From Chloropicon primus (taxonomy: Eukaryota): a stretch of 64,000 bases of DNA. This document shows positions 20,479 to 31,820 of the stretch, piece after piece (position 1 is the stretch's first letter; the number at the start of each line of letters is the position of its first letter). The stretch is taken from NCBI GenBank assembly GCA_023205875.1, contig CP060758.1, forward strand, positions 806,001 through 870,000. The letters are read 5' to 3'. Under the pieces are notes generated by a model that was not told where the DNA came from, ran no database searches, and was given only the letters and a program-made list of their open reading frames with translations. The position numbers were made by a program, and so were the translations under genes.

Positions 20479-21029
20479 GGGACAGAGGAGAGGAGGCTAC
20501 ACTTTGTTGACCACACCCTGGGGAGAATTGAGTAGGCTAAATTCTTATTTAATAATGTGATCATCGTCAAAAGACTCGCCGCCGGAGAAAAGATAGAGAA
20601 TATCGCCCTCGCCCTTCGCCCTATTATTCCCGAATAATAGTACTACGTCACTGGGAATATACTGGAGGTTCGAAGCGTCAATCAGACTCAAGAATCAGCC
20701 TGATGGCTCCTCTCTCCTCTCCTCTCTCCTCCTCCTCCCCGAACCCGAACTCCGTGCTTCTCTCGAGAGAAACCCGCTGCCCAGTTCAACTTCACTCACT
20801 CGCTGGAGACCATTGAGAATTTTCCTCATTCCTCCATGGTGGGTGGGTTGGCTCAATTGGGACCGGACATTGTTACTTCGCGCGTTGTTGGGACGCAGCG
20901 CAACGCAGGAGCTGAAGCGGAGCCCTGCCCCGGGTCTGGGGTTCGCTCGAGACCGGCAAAGGTGGAATCTTTCTACCGATTGAACCTTGCTTCTTTGACG
21001 TAGTTGCATTGAGACTTGGCAGAAGTAGT

Positions 21030-22706
21030 ATGCCGGCGACGGGGGAGGAGGGGGAGGCCTTGAGCAGTGGGGAGAGGAGGCGAGAGAGGGGGGGGGAGGA
21101 CGAGGAGACGTACATCCTGACTCCGTATGCCAGCGAGGGCAAGGGGGTAGCGGAGGCCGTGGAATCCAGGGCGGGAGCCGAGGCGGTCGTTCGCGCGAGC
21201 TCGAGCGGCATCAACAGCAAGGACGAGCCCGTCCTCAAGGAGAAGCTCGAGGGACTGGGCGAAGACTTCAAGTTCAATCTCAAACTCCTGGAGGAGAGGG
21301 ACGAGGAGCTGTCGAGGAGCGACCTGGAGCTCTACAAGATGAAGGTTCGTTACGCGGAGCAGGGCGCAGAGGTGAACGACTTGAGGGAGCAGGTTCTGTC
21401 GCTCAAGACGCTGTTGGGCTCGCGGGAGAAACGGGGAGGCCGGGGGAAGGGAAGGGACAGGAGCGACACGGAGGGGGCGGTGGACTACGTGGAGTTCGAC
21501 AAGGACACTGACGCATCGTCCGAGGAGGGCGCCTCGACGAACGAGGAGGAGGAGCTTCGAGACAACGGTGGCCGGAGAAGGAAAACGGACAACGTGTTGT
21601 CCCACGCCTACCAAGCCGCTCTCCAGCTCGATTCCAAGGGCAAGGAAGGCAGCGCGTCCCAGGAGAAGTACCTCAGCTTGCTAGAAAAGTACGAGTCCGT
21701 CCACGCGGACTATGTAGCCGCCAAGTACGAGATCGCCGAGATGAAGAGGAGGAGCGAGAAGGTGGATTTTGGGAACATTCTCGACAGTTACTTTGGGACC
21801 TTCGATGACCTCGGGAACGGCGTCGTTGCCGGGAGCAAGAAGAAGGACGTGGAGACTCAGCTGACCTTCCTGAAGCATGAACTGGAGTGCGAGCAGCACC
21901 TCAAGTACGAGGCCCTTCGGTCCCTCGAGCTGGAGAGGAAGAAGAACAGGGAGGTGAAGAAATCCCTCTTGAAGGATTACGAGGCCAAGTGCCTCTCTCT
22001 GATGAGGCATCTCAAGTCAGTGGAAGACTCTTTCGTCCAGCAGCAGAGGGAGAACGACCGCTTGAGGGAAGAGCACGCGAGGAAGGGGGCCCTGGAGGCA
22101 AGGATCATGCAGCTGGCCGAGGCGGTGAGCCACAGTTATTCTTCTCCTTCCGAAAACCCGCAGCAAGTGGAGGGCCACGACGCCGCGGAAAGTGGCGGGG
22201 AGGTGGGGGAGGACGTTGAGCTGACTGCCACGAACATCAGGCAGCACCTTGGAGAGGGGGAAGGTGCAGGGAAGAGGAGGCACTCCGCGGATAGCGAAGT
22301 GAACGAATTAGTTGAGGACGCCTTGACCACCTTGGAGAGCGCGATCGTGGACCAAGGCTTCAGAATCAAAAAGTTGGAACTCGAGTCGAACCAGAGGGAA
22401 AAGATGGCTGCCCGGTCCCAACACAGATTGAAAGCAAGCATTCCTCTGGTGAATCTTGCTTACGCCTACTGCAGCACCGTTCACAAGGCCTCGAACGCGG
22501 ACCTGAAGGAGAAGTACCCTCACGTGTCCGAGGTCAAGGGCGCCGCGAAGTCGATCATGAGGTACATGAAGAAGAGCGACAAGGCCTTGGTGCCTTACAA
22601 GCAATTGGGTTTGAACATTGAGCCGCTGGAGAGCGAAGCCAGGCGGCTAAAGAATTCAGGTGTGCTGGGGCTCGCTGTATTCTCGCTGAACGAAGAGGAG
22701 GTTTGA
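21030..22706 (+). CDS. Coiled-coil protein with CCDC57-like N-terminal motif
   Basis: EDFKFNLKLLEERDEEL motif; long coiled-coil composition. Confidence 0.6.
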   Translation: MPATGEEGEALSSGERRRERGGEDEETYILTPYASEGKGVAEAVESRAGAEAVVRASSSGINSKDEPVLKEKLEGLGEDFKFNLKLLEERDEELSRSDLELYKMKVRYAEQGAEVNDLREQVLSLKTLLGSREKRGGRGKGRDRSDTEGAVDYVEFDKDTDASSEEGASTNEEEELRDNGGRRRKTDNVLSHAYQAALQLDSKGKEGSASQEKYLSLLEKYESVHADYVAAKYEIAEMKRRSEKVDFGNILDSYFGTFDDLGNGVVAGSKKKDVETQLTFLKHELECEQHLKYEALRSLELERKKNREVKKSLLKDYEAKCLSLMRHLKSVEDSFVQQQRENDRLREEHARKGALEARIMQLAEAVSHSYSSPSENPQQVEGHDAAESGGEVGEDVELTATNIRQHLGEGEGAGKRRHSADSEVNELVEDALTTLESAIVDQGFRIKKLELESNQREKMAARSQHRLKASIPLVNLAYAYCSTVHKASNADLKEKYPHVSEVKGAAKSIMRYMKKSDKALVPYKQLGLNIEPLESEARRLKNSGVLGLAVFSLNEEEV

Positions 22707-22794
22707 GACAAAACTAATCCGTCTAATGTAATAAAGAACCCAAAGGGACCTTTCATTAGTTGTTATATATTTTCTTCAACAAAGCCTTTTCGCT

Positions 22795-24000
22795 TTAGGC
22801 CTCTCCCCTCAGGTGCTTCACTCCGCAGGCCTTGAGCACCTCAACGACGGAGTGGAAGTTGAAGTGGGAGAGTCCCACGGACTGGCCGGCCTCAGCACTT
22901 GGCTCGCAGTCGACGATCACGATAGGCTTGTCCGTGATCTGAGGGAGCTCCTTGCCGTCCATTCCCGGTGGGAACATTCTCAACCAGACGCCTGGCATGT
23001 TCTGGTTCTCCACCGTGAGGTCATCCCCAACATTCCCGATGTTGATGACCTGGCCGTTCTTGTAGTCTAGGATCTCCGTTGGAGTGGTCTCCTTCACCAA
23101 CCAGTCCTCGTGCTTCCTATGAAGCAGCTCGAGGTACTCCAACTCGATGTTGCTCTCCTCCTCTCTCGACCTCTTCTTGAGTCTCGCCATGCACGCATCA
23201 GGGGAAGCCCTGAGGTACACGATGACGTCAGGTACCAAGTTTGGCAAAGTCGCGAGGACTGGATCGAACCACTCGTTGTACAGGGAGACTTCCATGTCGT
23301 CCAGGTAGTTGTTGTCCTTGAGGGAGCTGACAAAGACCTTCCTGTCGGTGAAGACGCTCCTCTCGAGGATTCTGACCTTGTTTGGGTTGTTCACCACGCC
23401 CTGGCTGTGCTGCAAGAACCTGGTGATGAAAGCGTAGCTCTGGAACGTGTACGAGTATCTATGAGGGTCCTCGTAAAATTTCCCGAGGAGGTTGTATTCC
23501 GGGTTTCCGGCGACGTTCTGCCACTTGTCCACGGGCTCGGGCATGGTGACGATATTGCCGTCCAACCCCTTGACCTTGCGCATCAAGCTGAGGAAGGTGG
23601 ACTTTCCGACTCCTATGTTTCCCTCGATGGAGATGCTGGAGCCGGTCTCGTCGACTGGCAGGCTGCTCGCGCCGCGGCTCGCGGTGTTCAGGGGGGAGCC
23701 AGGCATCCCAAACACGCTGGTTGGGGACTTCATTCCGACTCCGCCCCTTCCTGGCTCGGTTGTCGTGAAGAGGGACCTGCGCATGCGCTGCTGAGAGTCC
23801 GCACCGTGGTGCGAGTTCCCCCTCACGGTCAGGTTCGCCTTGCTAAGGTTGGCATGGTTCTCCTTGCCAATAGCGAGACGTCTCATCACGTTCTCCTCGC
23901 TGACAGTCGAGTTGCTCTTTGGACTCGAAAGCCCGTCGATGTCAACGCTGTTGTTGTCGTTAGAGTTGTTCAAATCAAGGTTCTGTATGTCTGTCGTCAT
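22795..24000 (-). CDS. Deoxyribonucleoside kinase (dNK/dCK family)
   Basis: SIEGNIGVGKST P-loop, EPVDKW, ERSVFTDR, YLRASP, RSREEE. Confidence 0.92.
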   Translation of the reverse strand: MTTDIQNLDLNNSNDNNSVDIDGLSSPKSNSTVSEENVMRRLAIGKENHANLSKANLTVRGNSHHGADSQQRMRRSLFTTTEPGRGGVGMKSPTSVFGMPGSPLNTASRGASSLPVDETGSSISIEGNIGVGKSTFLSLMRKVKGLDGNIVTMPEPVDKWQNVAGNPEYNLLGKFYEDPHRYSYTFQSYAFITRFLQHSQGVVNNPNKVRILERSVFTDRKVFVSSLKDNNYLDDMEVSLYNEWFDPVLATLPNLVPDVIVYLRASPDACMARLKKRSREEESNIELEYLELLHRKHEDWLVKETTPTEILDYKNGQVINIGNVGDDLTVENQNMPGVWLRMFPPGMDGKELPQITDKPIVIVDCEPSAEAGQSVGLSHFNFHSVVEVLKACGVKHLRGEA

Positions 24001-24959
24001 TTTGCAAGCATCTACCACTTGCTTCTTCTCCTTCCACTGGTTCAACTGTTTCGTCGCAGCCGCACTAGCGCTGCTTCCCACGTCCCTCGTCGCTCTAGTA
24101 GCTCTGATCTCACGACCAGAGTCTCTGTCCCGTGATCTCAACAGGTAAGGTCTCGCGCTGGCACTTGCACTGAGTCTTGGGCCACCGATCAAAGCAGTCC
24201 ACGTCTTCTGAAAACTCTCGGAGCCACAACAACTCTTCTGAAAACGGAAACCGCGTAGGACTAAAATATTGGCAACGTAAATCCGCGTCAACCAATAAAA
24301 AGTATTGCTTTCGTGTTTGTGTTCGTGGCACGATCCTCTCGTTAGCCTTCCAACTACTACCCGTCCGTCCTCGTCCTCTCGTCCTCGTCCTCAACCCCAG
24401 CCGTCCTGTCTCTGTCCCTCTCTTCCCTCCCGCGCCAAATTCCTAACAGCTGTTTGAATTCCTCCAATTTGCCGCGAAACAAAACAAAACAAAACAAAAA
24501 CGGAGACCACAAGCGGAGACCCAAACCGCGCCACTCGATCGATGCGATGCGATGAGCAGAGCAGGGGGGTGGACAAGGACAAGGTAAGGACGAGGACGAG
24601 GAATACGGAGTCGATACCTTGAGGTCTTCCCTTCCCTTTCCTTCCCTTTCCTTCCCTTTCCTTTCCTTCCCTTCTTCTCGCGCGTTTCCGTTCGAAAGGT
24701 TGGGTGGCGAAGGCGAGAGAGGACTGACTGAACGTGAACGTGAATGTGAACACCTTGGATTATCCATCCATCCAACTCACTTTGTTGTCCGGGCTTCACC
24801 AGGGTGCTCTGCGCGGGTTACGGTGGGACTCGGTCGGGCTTGGGACTCCTTTCGTCCTCGAGGGTCGTCGTGTCCGAACGTCGGGGGTCCGTGCACAACA
24901 ACTTGCTCGCTGCTCGGACAGTAGTCTCGACGACGACGGGGTGGGCAGCAGGCGGGGTG

Positions 24960-25745
24960 ATGGTGGGAGCCCGCGCGTTCCCGACGGAGGGTGTCGATCG
25001 ACTCTTCGGGCCGTGGACGATATCCAGGGGGGAAATCTTCGCCGAGAGCTCTCTCTCCTTCGCTTTCGTGAACCTGAAACCCGTTGTCAGTGGGCACGTG
25101 CTCGTGGCCCCAAAGCGGGTTTGCAAGCGGTTCACCGAGCTGACGGGCGAGGAGGTGGCGGACTTGTGGCAGCTTGCAAAGGTGAGTGACCCCGTGGATC
25201 GACTCGAACGTTGCGTCTTGTGGAACCTTGCCTTCGCACCCCAGCCTACCTTCCCTCTTCGCTGACAACGGTGCGGCCGACGGGTTCTTCGCCCAACAGG
25301 TGGTGGGTCACAAGCTGGAGACGAACGCGCACGATCTGTTTCGAGGCTCGGCGGGGAAGGAGCACTCGCTCACGTTGTGCATTCAGGATGGCCCGCAAGC
25401 CGGGCAAACCGTGCCTCACGTTCACGTGCACATCCTGCCGAGAAAGGAGGGCGACTTTGAGAATAACGACGACGTCTACGACGCGATAGGTGGGTCCAGG
25501 TCGCAAGGATGCCGAGGTTGCTGCCGATTTGCTGACGCTCGTTTGCCTCTCGCGCTCGCGCTACAAATTCTTGCGCACCTATCTTCGAATAACGCGTGCG
25601 TGCGTGTGTGTGTGTGCGTGGATCCAAAGATGACGGCGAGAAAAGCCTCACCAGGCAGCTCGATAACGAGGAGAGGAAAGACCGAACGAGACAAGAGATG
25701 GAGGAAGAGGCACAACGATTCAAAGCCCTGTTCTGCAAGCCGTGA
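24960..25745 (+). CDS. FHIT: FHIT-like bis(5'-adenosyl)-triphosphatase (HIT family), 3 exons
   Basis: [40 protein letters not shown]. Confidence 0.9.
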
Positions 25746-26311
25746 AGGAGGGAAATCGATCCCATCTTCCTTTGTGCCCCCCTGACCATGTAATGCACTT
25801 TCACATCCACTCGGTCCTTCCCCTTCACGCCCTTCCACCACCTTGGGCTTCTTCCTGCCGATGCAGCTCAAGCCCCTCTCCTTTGGTTGCGGCGGAGAAC
25901 CTTGTAGAGGATTGCACGAAAGGCTGTGGCGGTGTCATTGTGACACTGTCATAAGAAGGACGCAACACCTCGCTCGCTCGACGCCCAGTGCTTGGCTTGT
26001 CCCATTAGACTGAGACCGAAATTTGACGGAAGGGGAGCGAGCGAGCGGCGAGGGCAAGGCAGTTGGGTCATCTTGGAAGGTTCAGACGAGTCCCAGGCAC
26101 CTTGGGAGGGACCAAGATGGAAACTAGGGCGAAGGCCCAATCCAAAGATTCCCAATCTTTAACAAGGTTTCCCGTCGAAAGAATGAGCGGTATTGTTTTG
26201 CCGGTGGTGCTGGTCAGCTGGGGTTAGTGGGACAAACCTCGCTGGGCCATCGGGGTCTTGGTTGTTGGTCTTGGTTGCAAAGCTCGAACTCGGGGGGGGG
26301 GGGCATTCGCG

Positions 26312-28327
26312 ATGCGAGGAGTGCTGGGGAAGCCCGAACGAAAGCCAAACCGGAAGGCGGTTGCGGTGTCCGTGCTCGACTACCCGCACGTGGGCCAGGA
26401 GCACGGAGGGAGCACCAGCGGGTGTTTCACAGATGCCTTGCTCATGTCCCGAATGCTGAACAAGTTTTACGGTTTCACACCAAAGGAGACCGTTCGGACG
26501 CCTTCGGAGCCAGCGAGAGGGGCAAGCGCGTCGACTTCGGCGAGTCCTTCCCGCCAGGGCGAGGCCAAAGCTGCAGACGGCAGTATAGACATCGTAGTTT
26601 GTGATGAGAAGGTGAAGGACCAGAGGGAAGGAAGAGGCCGTCCAAAGGCAATGTCCCCCATGATACAAGTGTGTTGCACGTACACCTGGGACTGCGCTGA
26701 GGAGGAGGAGGAGAACGCGAAAGACGCGCCGTCCTCGAAAGCTCTGCTATCGCCGAGCAGCTCCAACGTGAGGGACACGGGCCTCGCTGGTACGAGCGAG
26801 GCGGACTGCGAGGTGGTGCACGCAAGCGACACCCACAGAGAAGTCGTGCGGGCCCTGAAATGGCTGGTGAAGGATGTCAGGAAGGGTGACACCCTTGTCT
26901 TCCACTTCAGCGGCTGCTCGACGTACAAGAGGGTCAGCACGGGCGAGGGTCTTGAACCCGTGCTGTGCTTGGGCGATTTCTCTTGGAGGGACAACGACAG
27001 AGGCTTCTTGGATTGCGAGACCCTCCACGAGATTCTAACGAAAGGGCTTCAGAACGTCTCTTGCGAGCTGACCATCATCCTTGACACGTACTTGGGTTCC
27101 GCGTTGGCCGAGCTGTTAGAGGAAAGGTCGAAAGCCATCGACAGAACTGCTTTCGAGAACACCTCAAGGGTGAAGTACCGCGCACTGCCCACAAACAGGG
27201 CAAGGGCTCTGCCGCTGCCAGCGGAGGAGAAGAAGGTGCTGAAGAGGCTGCTGGGGAAGCAGAAAGGCAAGGCGGGTTGGAGGCGGCTCTTGGACAAGTT
27301 CATCCGACTCACCACGGGCTTCCGGGGGGAGGGAGAGGGTGGGTCCAACTGGAGGAAGAGCACCAAGATCAGTCCGAGCCCCGCTCCGAGTCCTATGGCC
27401 AACTCAAGCCAGGAGAGCAGTCCCAACAGGAGATTCAAACCACCTCGAAGGGCCACGGGGATGGTGCCCCTGAAATTAGGAAAGGCGGATCCAAACTCAA
27501 AGGTCGTTATACTTTCTGCGGAGGCCACCAACGTTGGAGGTCGGGTCGAGAAGATCAACAGAATCAACATGGTGAAGCTGGGACCCTTGACGTGGGTATT
27601 GTACAGGCTGCTAAAGGGTGGCCTAGCCGTCGAGCACGAGCAGGAGACGAGCCTCTCAGATTTGATAGACAAGCTTCACCCAACACTTGGCCAATTGGCG
27701 GAGTCTGCCGATGAGCACTTCGAGCACAGGTGGCGGGCAGGAAGCAAATCGGGCCGCAAGCTCCGGGGAAGGGACGGAGGAGCACGGAGCCCCCCCTACA
27801 AAGCAGTCGCAAGGGGTTGGGGCTTCGGTGAGAAGAACGGTGAAAAGGAGGGCGAGTTCAAGGGCTTCCGGTTGTTCGGGAACGTGCATTCGGAGCAGCT
27901 TCTGTTGGACCGGGCCGGTCTAGGGCAGCATCCTTTGGAGACCATGAGGACTCTGTCGCTGACGCACAACCTGGCCGATGTCATAGAGACGCCAACAAAG
28001 AGAGAAATGGCGAAGCTTTCCAACAACTTGAATTTGACTCCTTCTCCAGCACGGAAGAAAGAGCTGGCCCCTCTAAAAATCCCGCGCACGCCGATCATCG
28101 AGGAGGAAGAGCAGGAGCAACAGGAGGAGCGGGAGCAGCGGCTGCCCGAAAGCAACGGGGCTGTCCCCAAAGCAACGGGCACTGTTTCCGCCATGAGGCT
28201 GCCCCACTTGGACAAGAAGAAGGCGGACAGGAAAGTAAGGGAAAGGAAGGTGACGTCCTTCTCGCCAATGAAGTCGAACTTGAACAAACCTGGTCCCCTT
28301 CTGCAGGCTTCCACCATCGAAGAATAA
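26312..28327 (+). CDS. Metacaspase-like protein with degenerate catalytic dyad
   Basis: RKAVAV..Y, GCFTDA, GDTLVFHFSGCS, TIILDTY segments follow the metacaspase p20 layout. Confidence 0.7.
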   Translation: MRGVLGKPERKPNRKAVAVSVLDYPHVGQEHGGSTSGCFTDALLMSRMLNKFYGFTPKETVRTPSEPARGASASTSASPSRQGEAKAADGSIDIVVCDEKVKDQREGRGRPKAMSPMIQVCCTYTWDCAEEEEENAKDAPSSKALLSPSSSNVRDTGLAGTSEADCEVVHASDTHREVVRALKWLVKDVRKGDTLVFHFSGCSTYKRVSTGEGLEPVLCLGDFSWRDNDRGFLDCETLHEILTKGLQNVSCELTIILDTYLGSALAELLEERSKAIDRTAFENTSRVKYRALPTNRARALPLPAEEKKVLKRLLGKQKGKAGWRRLLDKFIRLTTGFRGEGEGGSNWRKSTKISPSPAPSPMANSSQESSPNRRFKPPRRATGMVPLKLGKADPNSKVVILSAEATNVGGRVEKINRINMVKLGPLTWVLYRLLKGGLAVEHEQETSLSDLIDKLHPTLGQLAESADEHFEHRWRAGSKSGRKLRGRDGGARSPPYKAVARGWGFGEKNGEKEGEFKGFRLFGNVHSEQLLLDRAGLGQHPLETMRTLSLTHNLADVIETPTKREMAKLSNNLNLTPSPARKKELAPLKIPRTPIIEEEEQEQQEEREQRLPESNGAVPKATGTVSAMRLPHLDKKKADRKVRERKVTSFSPMKSNLNKPGPLLQASTIEE

Positions 28328-28395
28328 GTACATAAGAATAAGAAATCTCTCATGTATAAACAAGGTTCACAACACAGCGATGGACGTCCATCCCT

Positions 28396-29252
28396 CTAGT
28401 AATCCATGTGCTTGTCAAAGAACGACTTGAGCGCGGGCCAGTACTCGTTCCTGGCCTCCTCGTAAGCGGTCATGTGATGGGCTTGCATGGGGAAGAAGAC
28501 GCAGTCGTCGCTCTTTTGGTGCTTGAACAGCTCCTGCATCTGGGTGAAGGGCACCATCTCATCCAGGGTGGACGCGAGCATGAGAAGTGGCTTTTTGATT
28601 TTCCCTATCTTTCCCAAGCTGTCCCAAGGGTGTCGAATCAGAAAGCTCAAGGCTCCTTCCCTCTTGATGCCGACCGCCTTGAGGAAGGGGAACTTCTCCG
28701 CGGCCATGTCAGGGATGCACGTGAAGGTGTTCTCTATCACCAGAGCCCGGACTTTGTCCTGGTGCCTCGACACCAGGTCAATCGCGACGGCACCACCCAA
28801 TGACCGCCCAAACACCGCAACGTTCTTCTCGTCTACGTCCTCTCGCTTGCCGAGGTAATCCAAGGCCGCCTCGGCGTCCATCCTCAAGCCAGACTCACTT
28901 GGCGACCCCTCCGAGCTTCCGTACCCCCGGTACATCACCATGAGCACGTTGCAGCGGCAAACGCGCAGCAGAGGCTTCACGAAAAGCAGTCGGTAAGACA
29001 TGTTTCCCGCGTTCTCCTGAAGCCATAGAACCGTTGGTCTTGACCCCCTCCCCGTTGAGGCGGTGCCGAGTCCCGCATTCTTCTCAGAGAAGGGGAGGTA
29101 CCAGCAGTGTATCTTGACGTTATCCCTTGTGGTCAGCCACACGTCCTCGAACTCCAAGCCAAGTCGCGTTGGGTCGAAAGGATAGTCCTTGTCCAGCCCC
29201 GGGGCGTTGGGAACATAAATAATTTTCTCTGCCAACACCACCAATCATCATC

Positions 29253-29285
<33 letters not shown>

Positions 29286-29491
29286 ACATCAAGGGAAACA
29301 ACGGGAAGAATTCGCGTGTCAGTCGGATCGCCACGACGCAATTGCAAGAGAGGACTACTGCTGCACGCACCCTGGAAGGCCACCATAAGAGCCAAGAGCG
29401 CCCCACCAAGGCCAAGGCCGCCAATGGCAGTATTCTTCACCAGCTTGTACATCGTCCTGAACATCCAGTTCAACATGGTCAAAAACTGCAT
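28396..29491 (-). CDS. ABHD13/WAV2/Bem46 alpha/beta hydrolase, one intron
   Basis: FQEKIIYVP, QENAGN, YRGYGSSEGSPSESGL, GRSLGG, ENTFT. Confidence 0.9.
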
Positions 29492-29994
29492 GGATCTCCT
29501 TCCTCCGAAGATCCCGGTCCACAATGCCGTCACACAGTCAGCCCTTTAACCTTTTGCGCCCCGCACACACGCGCACGCTCCCTCACCCTCTCTCCTCGCC
29601 ACCTGAGTCTGCCTGAGACCTTTAGGGAAGGAGCAGACCGCGAGCAAAACCAGAGCTGATTTTCAGTCCAATTCTCACCCGTGCGTCATTTCTTTCAAGA
29701 GAGGGCTCGAACAAATCATGTAGAGACGAAATACTCCATCACGTCGCCCCCTCCTCCCCCCAGACCGACCCCCTCGCCTCTCCCGCCCCTCCCTTACCTC
29801 GTATCCCTCTCCACCAGAGCGCGCGCCTCGCCTCGCCTCGCTTGATGGATCCAGTTCAAGTCGGTCGGGCGCCGCAGGGTGAAGTGAGGAGGTGCGAGGG
29901 TTGAGCGAGGAAGTTTTGTCGGAGGACGAGGGGAAGAGGGGGGGGGCGTTGCCAGACGAATCTTCATCTCACGGGCTTTTGATCGGTGGGTCAC

Positions 29995-31772
29995 ATGGCG
30001 AGCATAGGGGACCCCCTCGCCCTGCTGAGGGAGTACAACCGAAACAGCGGGGAGCACTTGAACCGCGTCAAGCTCAAGGGGAATAAGGTCGAGTTCGAAG
30101 GTGTGAACGGGGGATCAAAAGTCGCTTTCGACAGGAAGACGTCGACGGGATACAGGTAAGTCGACCGACCGACCGGCGTAACCTTTGCGAGTGGTTGACT
30201 TCGCCTCACGCGCGCACGTGCTTGGGCCATCAGGGTTGTGGGGAGCAAACTCTCGTCTTGGAGTTTGTGCTCGATCTTCTCCGACCCTCTTATGGGTTTT
30301 CTTCGTGGTTCTGACATGACGCGTCTGGCGACCCTCCCTTGATCTTCCACGCACGCACTCACTCTCTCTCTCTTTCTGTGTTTTTGCGTTGGAACGTCAG
30401 GGCTCGCAAGGGGAAAGGAGATCCTTATGCCATCGACACCATCTTGCTGTTCCTGAAGAACAGAAATCTCAGTTGGAAGGACTACAATAATGTCACGAGT
30501 CAGTTTGGGGCCAAGTTCGTGTCGAAAGTGGATCAGAACCCGCTCCTTTCGTACCTCGATGGTAAAGTGGACACCGTGGCCGGACTGGAGGCGGTGGCGC
30601 GCATCGTCGTGCCCGAGAAGGAGCTCGTGGACGAGGGGGAGGCCAAGCCAACAGCGGCCAAGTCCATCTGGACGGAGATCCCCAAAGATCCGGCCGAGCT
30701 TCTCGGCACGGTCAGGGAGGTGGAGAGGAATCTCGTGCACCACACGAGCGTTCTCATGTGCCCCGTGCAAACTTTTGATCCGTATACAAAGGTTGCCTCC
30801 GATTACATCAAGAAGTTCAAGAAGGAGGAGGAACGCGGGAAGAAGGAGGCGGGGAGCAGGGATCCGCCCAAGGCGCGGGCCAAGGGGTATGAGAAGAGGC
30901 CTGCTGAGGTTCCGACCGTCTCTGGCCGCGTGAAGATTAACCCGCAGACTGGCCAGGCCTCGACCAAGGACGTGAGAATGGAGTTCGACGAGGAGCAGTA
31001 CAGGAAGAACAGGTTTGGTGACGCCAAGTTTGACGTGAACGAGTACGGAGGGGCACCCATGCAGGTGGACGCCGAGTCCGTGATTCCTCCGGAGAGCGAG
31101 GCTGAGATGGCAGCGGTGAGAAAGCAGGAGGAGAAGGAGAAGGAGAGGGCGAGGAGGAAGGAGGAATACATTAGGAAGAAGAAAGAGGAGAAGAGGAGGC
31201 AGCACGCGGAGGAAGAGAGGCAAAGGAAGAAGGAGTCCAGGGAAAGGCCCATTGTCCTGATATCCCCGGGCTACAACTGCATCTTGAACAAGTACAACGT
31301 CAAGACTTTTCTCGAGAAGGGGAACTTCGAGCCCTGGGATGTCGCGAACAAGAAGAATAAAGGAAAGCCCAAGAGCACGCAGAACATGACGAGGGTCTTT
31401 AACAGGACGGGGAGCGACCACGTTAGCTACAAGATCACCGAGGAGGTGCCGCAGGACCCGAACCAATGGAAGCGAGTGTGCGCCGTGCTGGTGACGGGGA
31501 AGAAGTGGCAGTTCAAGGGGTATCCAGCGAACCAGTTCAAGGGATTGAAAGAGAACAACTTTTCGAGCCTCTTCACGAGCCTTTGCGGCTTTTACTTCCA
31601 CTACACCTCCGACCCAGTCCCAAAGGAAGTGACGGAGTGGAACGTCAAGGTGATTGGGATCGACAAGAATAACAGGCACAAGGACATTGCGGCCTTCAGA
31701 GAATTCTGGACGAATTTGGACAGGTTCTTGGCGGAGAAGAAGAGGAGGGGAGACTTCAACTACAAGTACTGA
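29995..31772 (+). CDS. CDC73: Paf1 complex subunit CDC73/parafibromin, intron ~30156-30400
   Basis: DPLALLREY N-terminus; C-terminal PIVLI..NVKTFL, WKRVCAVLVTGKKWQFKG, RHKD..FW. Confidence 0.9.
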
Positions 31773-31820
31773 GAGAGTGTCTTGAACAGAAAAACTTTAT
31801 TATGCTGCGTTTGATAAAAT

